From positions 1,088,001 through 1,152,000 of the forward strand of contig CAWBAT010000005.1 of NCBI GenBank assembly GCA_963786955.1: a stretch of 64,000 nucleotides of DNA, in the 5' to 3' direction. The first letter of the stretch is position 1; every line of letters starts with the position of its first letter. This DNA comes from an uncultured Acidimicrobiia bacterium. GTDB taxonomy: Bacteria > Acidobacteriota > Terriglobia > Versatilivoradales > Versatilivoraceae. Under the pieces are notes generated by a model. It searched no databases, was not told the origin of the DNA, and saw only the letters and a list, made by a program, of their open reading frames with translations. Of the stretch, positions 56,986-64,000 are shown piece after piece. A program made the translations under genes and the position numbers.

Positions 56986-57829
56986 TTCTTTGTAATTCCC
57001 TGAGAGTCAGATCGAGTCGCTCATCTCGAAGAACTGGCGTGAAGAGCCGTGCCCGCCGTACTTCTTCCAGGTCGAGCTCATAGAGCAGTAAATCCTCTTC
57101 GAAATACTTTGCCCGGGCAACAACCATGCCGGAGGGATCCACCACCATTGACCCTCCTGGGAAATGGGCTCCATCCTCAAAGCCCACGCGATTCACGTAG
57201 AGATTATAGACAGTTTGAAACTGGGCGGCGGTTTTAAGCAAATTTTCCCATCCTTCGGACGTTGCAAAAAGATTGTCTCCCCGAATGCCACGTCCGGGAC
57301 TACAGGAGGGCACGATAATTGCGCTGGCGCCTTCCAAAGCCAGGAGATGAATCGTGGAAGGATGCCACATGTCCTCACAGATCAAGATTCCTAATTCTCC
57401 CCATGCGGTCTGAAAGGTTCGAAGTGCCTCCCCCTGAGCGAAGAAGCGCTTTTCGTCAAACATGCCATAGGTGGGAAGATAAAGCTTTCGGTGAACGTGC
57501 CGTATCGTTCCTTCGCTTGCATACGCCGCGGAGTTATAAAAATTAAAGTTGTCAGAGAGTTCCACAAAGCCGAAGATGCAGGCAATGTTCTGAGCACGAT
57601 CCAGGAGAGGCTGAAGGACAGAGGTTTGGGACAAAGAAATCGCCAAATCAGGCACCAGGTCTTGGAGAATGTACCCAGTCAATGACAGTTCGGGAAAGAT
57701 AATCAGCTCGGCCCCCGCGGCCTGGGCACGATCGATCCAGGCACAATGAAGCTCGATGTTCGAGGATAAGTTCCCCAGCTTGGGTGATATCTGAGCTAAG
57801 GCAACAGGGAATCTGGTTTTCTTGATCAT
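56954..57829 (-). CDS. Nitrilase-family amidohydrolase, probable glutaminase subunit of NadE
   Basis: E-K-C triad (FPELSLTGY, RKLYLPTYGMFDEKRFF, ICEDMW); overlaps nadE. Confidence 0.88.
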   Translation of the reverse strand: MIKKTRFPVALAQISPKLGNLSSNIELHCAWIDRAQAAGAELIIFPELSLTGYILQDLVPDLAISLSQTSVLQPLLDRAQNIACIFGFVELSDNFNFYNSAAYASEGTIRHVHRKLYLPTYGMFDEKRFFAQGEALRTFQTAWGELGILICEDMWHPSTIHLLALEGASAIIVPSCSPGRGIRGDNLFATSEGWENLLKTAAQFQTVYNLYVNRVGFEDGAHFPGGSMVVDPSGMVVARAKYFEEDLLLYELDLEEVRRARLFTPVLRDERLDLTLRELQRIAGKRNENQL

Positions 57830-57967
57830 TGGCTTGACATTAGGAAGCCTGGTTTAAGGAGCCGTTTCCCTTCACATCCAGTCACGGGATAGGTTCGGAC
57901 CCAACAATATCGATCCCTCGAGAATTTCCCTCGCAAGGAGAACCGAAACTTTCGCTATAATCTTGCC

Positions 57968-58759
57968 ATGAGGAAACATAAAAAAGCACTCACCATTTTA
58001 ATGTCTTGCTGCATCCCCTTCTTCTTGGTTGGCGTGTCCCAAGGATTTCAGCAAGATGATCTCACTGCAGATTTCGACGAAAGTCTCGATATCTTGAGCC
58101 ACACCATTGAAGCCATTACCTTAGACACGCTCAGCATGAAGAATCTTCGCTGTTTGGAAACGATCACGATTGATGAGTTCGACAAGAAAAACAATTTGAC
58201 ACAGCATCATGTGTATACAGGCCAATATGAGGTCATGCGCAAGATTAAACCAAGGTCAGCGGAACACATCGGCTTTACGGAGTCTCGCATCCCTGAATCC
58301 ATTGACGCCCCTCAACCCGACTTGACCAATTTTCCTTTAATCGAAAAACCTTTTACAGGAGAGCTCATCAAAAATTTCACGATTGAAAATCGAATCGGCA
58401 CGGATTTCAAAAAACTGCGGGAAGAAACCGTGGCAGGGCGTAAATGCCTGGTATTCGCATTTCAGACCGTTAAAGATGCCTCGCCCCTCAGCATTATTCT
58501 GGGAGGCACATCGCTACCTCTTCGTCAGCAAGGGATTATTTGGATTGATGAAAAAGCCCAAGAGATTGTTCGTATCAGTGCAACAATGAAAAAGTTACCT
58601 AAGGGAATGCAGTCCTATGACTACCTGGCCGAATTTAAGACACATCGGCTTTTTGGGAGGTCAATGGCTTTGCCAGAACAGATTGAAATCAAAGCCGCAT
58701 ATAAGGACAGGAAAACTCAAATTGTCCAACGATATGTCGATTTTCGAGAGAACCCTTAG
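57968..58759 (+). CDS. Exported hypothetical protein
   Basis: Signal peptide; beta-rich (GIIWID..IVRI). Confidence 0.7.
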   Translation: MRKHKKALTILMSCCIPFFLVGVSQGFQQDDLTADFDESLDILSHTIEAITLDTLSMKNLRCLETITIDEFDKKNNLTQHHVYTGQYEVMRKIKPRSAEHIGFTESRIPESIDAPQPDLTNFPLIEKPFTGELIKNFTIENRIGTDFKKLREETVAGRKCLVFAFQTVKDASPLSIILGGTSLPLRQQGIIWIDEKAQEIVRISATMKKLPKGMQSYDYLAEFKTHRLFGRSMALPEQIEIKAAYKDRKTQIVQRYVDFRENP

Positions 58760-58786
58760 ATTAAGGGGAAGCCCCCCAAAGCATTT

Positions 58787-59575
58787 TCACAGACTTTTTG
58801 GGGTCGTCTGATTCTGAATGGCAGGTTTTTTGGTAAAAATAGAAGAAAAAAATAACCAGGCAGCCGGCATAAGAATCAGGGAATAAGTGATAAAACGTCC
58901 ATATTTCCCGTCGGGGCCATAAGGCTCGGTTAATTGATGAAGCAAGTCACTGTTCGGGAGCAGGGAGGCCTCGGCCATTTCGTGGAATGAGTAAATGAGG
59001 AGTTGGATGACGAAGATAAAGAGGAAAATCGCGGTAACCTGAAAGAAACGGGTGAGGTTGATCCGATATCCAAAGCGCGTCCATAAGTAGGTCATGGTCG
59101 CTGCTGCCACGATTCCAAGCACAGCTCCTATGAACATCGGTCGAGTGGCTACCTGAAACATCAGTGAGCTCAAAAGCAAAGCCGTTTCAATTCCTTCTCG
59201 CGAGATCATCAATACGGTAAACACATAAACCGCAAGGTAAGCGCCCATTCCAGTGTCTTGCGATGAAGCTACTTCCAAATGATCTTCAATATCCTTCTTG
59301 ATGGTACGGCTGCTGCGCCACATATGCACCGTCAATGAGGCTACGAAAATGGCGGCGATCAAGGAAAAGATGGCTTCCCAAAAGGACTGATTGAAGGCGA
59401 CTTCATAGAGCAGGATGCCGGCCATTAGGCAAACCAAGACCGCTGTTGCAATCCCCCAGTAGACGGCTGACTGGAGCCTCTGGCGTCCGGTTTTTTTTAG
59501 GAAGGTGATACAGAGTCCAACAATGAGGAAAGCCTCCATTCCTTCCCTCAGTGTAATCACAAAACCTTGAAGCAC
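58787..59575 (-). CDS. FTR1/EfeU-family iron permease
   Basis: Two REGxE motifs (REGME, REGIE); polytopic. Confidence 0.92.
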   Translation of the reverse strand: MLQGFVITLREGMEAFLIVGLCITFLKKTGRQRLQSAVYWGIATAVLVCLMAGILLYEVAFNQSFWEAIFSLIAAIFVASLTVHMWRSSRTIKKDIEDHLEVASSQDTGMGAYLAVYVFTVLMISREGIETALLLSSLMFQVATRPMFIGAVLGIVAAATMTYLWTRFGYRINLTRFFQVTAIFLFIFVIQLLIYSFHEMAEASLLPNSDLLHQLTEPYGPDGKYGRFITYSLILMPAAWLFFSSIFTKKPAIQNQTTPKSL

Positions 59576-59597
59576 TCAAAACCTCTCCACTCGCGAG

Positions 59598-60731
59598 CTA
59601 TTTGATGGCGGGTTGCCCCGATCTTTTGAAAAAATGCGCCTCGGGTGATGCCGGAGGATGTGTTTCCTTTTCCACGATCAGTGTCTTTGAGATTTTGTCG
59701 TGCCAGGTCAGTCGGTCTTGGTCGAACACGGCCCACAAATAACCGAGTCCAAAACAACCGAGCGAAATGAGATATCCCAGAGTGCGCAGGCGAGATTCTT
59801 CCACTGAAATGGATTGCCCTTCAAAGTTGACCACCTGCAGCTGTTCATAATCCATACCAAGAGTTCGGCCACCCAATGCGGTAAAAAGATAATGGTACGA
59901 GACGAAGAAGATCACCCAAACCGTCACCAATGCCAACAAGGAAGGTTTTGTTAAGAGCTTGAATTCAGGAATAAATAAGATAATCAACAAGAAGAACAAG
60001 AAACAACCCGTGACAAATAGGCCATCGATTGCTCCGGCACGGATTCGTTCCGAAACACCCGCAGCCGCCAGGCCATTTCGAATCAATTCTTCCGGGGAGG
60101 TTGCATGACCCTCTTCGTAGGAATCGAAGGGGAGCGTCCCCTGATTCAAATCGATTTCAATTCGTTCGATTCGGTCTAATCTTCGGGTTTGGGGTCTAGA
60201 TATCGTATTCTTGGGGGAGGCAGGTGGAGCCACTGACGCTGGCTCCACAAAGCCAGTTTCCAATTCCTTATCGGGGAGCACGGTCACTGCCCGTTGCACC
60301 TGTTCCAGCTTCTGAAGAGTTCTCTTTGCGAGAGGATGCATTTCGGCGTTCTCTGAGCTAACGACCGAGAGTGGAATTTCTTCTGACCGTTCTTGACCGG
60401 GTCTCACGAATTCCCGATTGCGTAACGATTCCACCAGTTCAAGTGGGGGATTCTTATCGGCTTCCGAGGTTCTGACCTTAATTTCTTCAAGCTTCAAGTT
60501 AAGCTGATTCCGCCAACCCTCGTTTTCGTGGGAAGGGGCATTCTGTGGACCGAAGGAATTCATGGCTGCAGAGATTAGTTTCGCTTTTCGCAAAGTGACG
60601 ACGTTCTTTGGCGGTATGACAGCTGGGATAGCGGTCTCGATGGAAGATCTACAATGAATGCAAACCTGCGCCGTGGGTACATTCAAGAGGCCACAGATTG
60701 GGCAATTCATGGATTTCAACTTGGCACGCAC
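59598..60731 (-). CDS. RDD-family membrane protein with N-terminal zinc ribbon
   Basis: CPIC..CIHC; RIRAGAID, GRTLG, WHDKISKT. Confidence 0.85.
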   Translation of the reverse strand: MRAKLKSMNCPICGLLNVPTAQVCIHCRSSIETAIPAVIPPKNVVTLRKAKLISAAMNSFGPQNAPSHENEGWRNQLNLKLEEIKVRTSEADKNPPLELVESLRNREFVRPGQERSEEIPLSVVSSENAEMHPLAKRTLQKLEQVQRAVTVLPDKELETGFVEPASVAPPASPKNTISRPQTRRLDRIERIEIDLNQGTLPFDSYEEGHATSPEELIRNGLAAAGVSERIRAGAIDGLFVTGCFLFFLLIILFIPEFKLLTKPSLLALVTVWVIFFVSYHYLFTALGGRTLGMDYEQLQVVNFEGQSISVEESRLRTLGYLISLGCFGLGYLWAVFDQDRLTWHDKISKTLIVEKETHPPASPEAHFFKRSGQPAIK

Positions 60732-61065
60732 AAAGTTGGAATGGACAAATTCAGGCTTGATGTATCCTTAATTGCAGCCCCCACCAGGCAAAGGATTCTA
60801 CGAATGTCATGGTAACAAAAGCCCTAGAACGTCGCAATATTGAATTGTCCATCCCCCCATGTTAGATTAGCGAGAATAGCCGTGAGGAGGATGTGCCTCC
60901 CCGTTGATCAGGTGACTGAGTTATCGATTCCCAGGCCACGATTGATTGGTTTGGGCAAGGTACTCGTTTGAGTTTAAGTAATCACAATTAAAAATGAATG
61001 GGGCGCGCGCTCTCTCACTTCTAATCCCCACGCAACGGTTCCGAGATTCTTATTGAGATTCAGAA

Positions 61066-63396
61066 TTGCCATCTGACCACTGTCCTCAAAGAACTTTAAT
61101 TCTGAGAAAGCTCACGGGCCGGGGAAGCCTTTTATTCAAGCGAGGCCCCAGCAGGACCGAGCAGGCGTATTATTGGGGAGGATGCTTTCTGTTTTGTGCG
61201 TGGGTGATTCTCCTGTTGTGGCCGTTCCAGCTTAGCGCGGAAGGGCAGAATCCGATAGCGGCGACGACAGTGCAGCCGCCTTCGATATCGTCCCCTCCAC
61301 CTGGGAGTGATGAAGTCACCATTCAAGCGGAGACCCAAACCCGATTGGGCAAGCATGACTATCAGGCCAAAGGGAAAGTGGAAGTCCGATATCAAGACAT
61401 GCTTTTGAGGGCAGATGAAGTCTGGGGAAATGATGAAACCCATGAAGTGGAAGGACAGGGCAATGTTTATTTTGAGCAGGGTACTCAAAAAGTTTGGGGG
61501 GAGAGATTTAAATTTAACTTTTTCAGCAAAACGGGGGCCTTCTACCGGGCGAAAGGCAGGGTTGATCCCGGATTCTTGTTTGATGCTGAGGAAGTCGATA
61601 AGCTGGCTGATGATCAATATCGGGTTCTTAAAGGAATCGTCACAGCCTGCGAAGAAAAAGTCCCTAAGTGGACCTTCCATGTCGAAGAGGCGATCATACG
61701 GAAAGAGCACAACGCCAAGCTCAAGCAGACGGTCTTTCGGATTAAGAAAATTCCTTTACTTTATAGCCCTTACCTCATCACGCCAACCGACCAATTAAAG
61801 CGACAGACGGGGTTTCTTATTCCCGTTACAGGCAACTCGTCTGATAAAGGAAGGATGTTTGGGGATGCCTTTTATTTGACTCTTGGGCGAAGTGCTGATG
61901 TATTGACCCAAGCCGAGTACTTCTCCCTGCGGGGGTGGGGTGGCGCGGTTGAATTTAATGCCAGGCCAAACGAAAAAACCCGCATCTTTGCCAGGGAATT
62001 CTTCGTATCCGATCGGCTGGGGAACGGCGGCCAACTCACCCGTATCCTTGCAGACACCACCTCTGAGAAAGGCTACCATGCGGCAGCGGACATCTTCGCA
62101 ACCAGTTCCCAAAATTTCCTGCAAACCTGGTCCAACTCCTTTTCGACGCTTACCCGACCTGACGAGGTATCATCCGCTTTTTTAACCAAAGACAGTCCCG
62201 ATTTCAGCTTGAACGTATTTGGTGAAAGGCGTTTAACCCTGTACCCTGTTAAACCAGTGACAACTCGCACCCTTCCTAGCTTTGACTTGTTTGGCCTGAA
62301 TCGCCAAATCAAGGAATGGCCATTCTTTTGGTCCTTTGATACTGCCGTCGAAGGCTTAAGCCGAATAGACCAATACATCACCACGTCTCCGCTGGTACAA
62401 CGGTTTGACTTCTATCCGCGTTTAACCATCCCCCTCAGGAAGTTCTCGCTCTTTAATTTCACTTCATCTTTCGGATTCCGAGAGACCTTTTACTCAGAAA
62501 GAATGGATCCCGAGTCAAGCACAGGAGTTTCACCCCAGCATTTGACTCGAACGTCCTTTGATTTTCAGGGTCGGCTCGACGGCCCGAGCTTTGAAAAAAT
62601 CTTCAACGTTGGTGGCAAGCAGGTTAAACACGTTATTGAACCTGAGGTCACCTACCGTTTTGTGAATGGGGTTAGTGATTTTGCTGAGATCATCCGATTT
62701 GATGAAAGAGATGTGCTTGCGGACACAAGTGAAGTGGAGTACGACCTGACGAACCGGTTCTTTTCGAAGCGTAAGATGTCAGATGGCAGCATGACAACCA
62801 GTGAAGTCTTGTCTATCCGGATAGGCCAAAGATATTTCTTTGAGCCCACGTTTGGTGGTGCACTCGTGCCGGGCCAGCGAAACGTTTTCTCTCCGTTGGA
62901 TGGGTTGACGGCATTTGCCTTTGAAAATGAGGTGAGGAATTACTCACCGGTCATTTTGCGTGTTCGATACACTCCTGTGGAACGATATGCGGTAGACTTC
63001 AGGATGGATTATGACCCGGTGGTCCGTATGTTCAGGGCTAGCAGCCTTTCGGGTAGCGCCTATTTGAGCAAGGGCTTTATTTCCCTCAGTTACTACAATA
63101 CGCCAAATCTTCCCCCTAATCAGTATGCGTCAAACCAGGTCCGAGCAACCATTGGCTACGGCAACTCTTTGAGGCAGGGGTTTAACGCGGCGTTCGGTGT
63201 CGACTACGATTTCACGACAAGCCAGTTACAGCACAGTGTTTCGCAGTTGACTTACAACTGGGATTGTTGCGGAGTATCACTGGAATATATGCAATACAAT
63301 TTTGGAATTCGTCAAGAGAATGCCATCCGTTTTAGCTTCTCGTTGAAAAACATCGGGTCGTTCGGAAACATCCGAAAGCAAGAGCGGTTGTTCTAA
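61066..63396 (+). CDS. lptD: LPS assembly protein LptD (true start probably downstream)
   Basis: OstA-like N-terminus, TAC..P.W, RQTGFLIP, KHVIEP, YNWDCCG. Confidence 0.88.
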   Translation: MPSDHCPQRTLILRKLTGRGSLLFKRGPSRTEQAYYWGGCFLFCAWVILLLWPFQLSAEGQNPIAATTVQPPSISSPPPGSDEVTIQAETQTRLGKHDYQAKGKVEVRYQDMLLRADEVWGNDETHEVEGQGNVYFEQGTQKVWGERFKFNFFSKTGAFYRAKGRVDPGFLFDAEEVDKLADDQYRVLKGIVTACEEKVPKWTFHVEEAIIRKEHNAKLKQTVFRIKKIPLLYSPYLITPTDQLKRQTGFLIPVTGNSSDKGRMFGDAFYLTLGRSADVLTQAEYFSLRGWGGAVEFNARPNEKTRIFAREFFVSDRLGNGGQLTRILADTTSEKGYHAAADIFATSSQNFLQTWSNSFSTLTRPDEVSSAFLTKDSPDFSLNVFGERRLTLYPVKPVTTRTLPSFDLFGLNRQIKEWPFFWSFDTAVEGLSRIDQYITTSPLVQRFDFYPRLTIPLRKFSLFNFTSSFGFRETFYSERMDPESSTGVSPQHLTRTSFDFQGRLDGPSFEKIFNVGGKQVKHVIEPEVTYRFVNGVSDFAEIIRFDERDVLADTSEVEYDLTNRFFSKRKMSDGSMTTSEVLSIRIGQRYFFEPTFGGALVPGQRNVFSPLDGLTAFAFENEVRNYSPVILRVRYTPVERYAVDFRMDYDPVVRMFRASSLSGSAYLSKGFISLSYYNTPNLPPNQYASNQVRATIGYGNSLRQGFNAAFGVDYDFTTSQLQHSVSQLTYNWDCCGVSLEYMQYNFGIRQENAIRFSFSLKNIGSFGNIRKQERLF

Positions 63397-63458
63397 TGTT
63401 GAATATAAGAGTGGCCTAGATCACAATCCCAATGGTTTGTAGGTGAGGGGAGAATTTC

Positions 63459-64000
63459 ATGGATACGCCCTATTATCGACCCCGCCGTCTGCGGAGAACC
63501 GAGACCCTCCGCTCTATGGTTCGGGAAACACGACTTGCAGTGGAGAATTTTGTTTATCCCTTATTTGTCTGTCCGGGGGAAAAAGTTAAGAAGGGAATCT
63601 CCTCGATGCCCGGCAATTACAACATGTCGGTCGATGAGATTCTCAAGGAATGCACACTGGTTCAGTCGTTGGGAATTCCTGCGGTTTTGCTGTTTGGCTT
63701 GCCACCCCACAAAGATGAAAACGCCTCAGGGGCGCATGCCGATGACGGAATCATCCAACAGGCGGTGCGAGCCATCAAAGCTTCCGTCTCGGGGTTACTC
63801 GTCATCACCGATGTATGCCTTTGTGAATATACGTCGCATGGTCATTGCGGCAGAATTCGGGATGGAGATGTCCACAATGATCAGACTCTCCCCTTATTGG
63901 CAGCAACGGCCTTGTCCCATGCCCGGGCAGGAGCTGATGTGGTTGCACCCTCCGATATGATGGATGGGCGCATTCGGGCGATTCGCAGGGTCCTCGATGA
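63459..64000 (+). CDS. hemB: Porphobilinogen synthase, partial, runs off the right edge
   Basis: Manual translation: RPRRLRR..MVRET, YPLFV, SMPG, DVCLCEYTSHGHCG, APSDMMDGR. Confidence 0.96.
   Translation, partial: MDTPYYRPRRLRRTETLRSMVRETRLAVENFVYPLFVCPGEKVKKGISSMPGNYNMSVDEILKECTLVQSLGIPAVLLFGLPPHKDENASGAHADDGIIQQAVRAIKASVSGLLVITDVCLCEYTSHGHCGRIRDGDVHNDQTLPLLAATALSHARAGADVVAPSDMMDGRIRAIRRVLD

Overview
Replication-origin region of a diderm bacterium, probably Acidobacteriota (inferred from the split atp operon lacking atpB/atpE and the TonB/LptD gene content). The core is parB-parA-(parS x2)-rsmG-mnmG-mnmE-khpB-yidC-yidD-rnpA-rpmH divergent from dnaA-oriC-dnaN-recF-gyrB-gyrA, with atpF'FHAGDC, trxB, a split NAD synthetase, a molybdo-flavo hydroxylase, lptD and hemB nearby. 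The most interesting material is accessory or non-coding. (1) A complete lysine riboswitch with its own terminator controls a homocitrate synthase (alpha-aminoadipate pathway) that the ORF track misses. (2) A 2-10 kb redox island encodes an FNR-like regulator, a stand-alone pentaheme 'half-MtrC/OmcA' cytochrome preceded by a truncated paralogue, and a sulfur relay (YeiH exporter, rhodanese-MBL, TusA, DsrE) ending in a SorA-SorB fusion. (3) Several families of modular REP-like palindromes occur; one was the insertion target of an IS1634 element and another brackets a lone integron-type gene cassette. Apparent single-base frameshifts (gyrA, probably mutT and rnpA) look like homopolymer assembly errors. 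All calls come from reading motifs by eye, without database searches.
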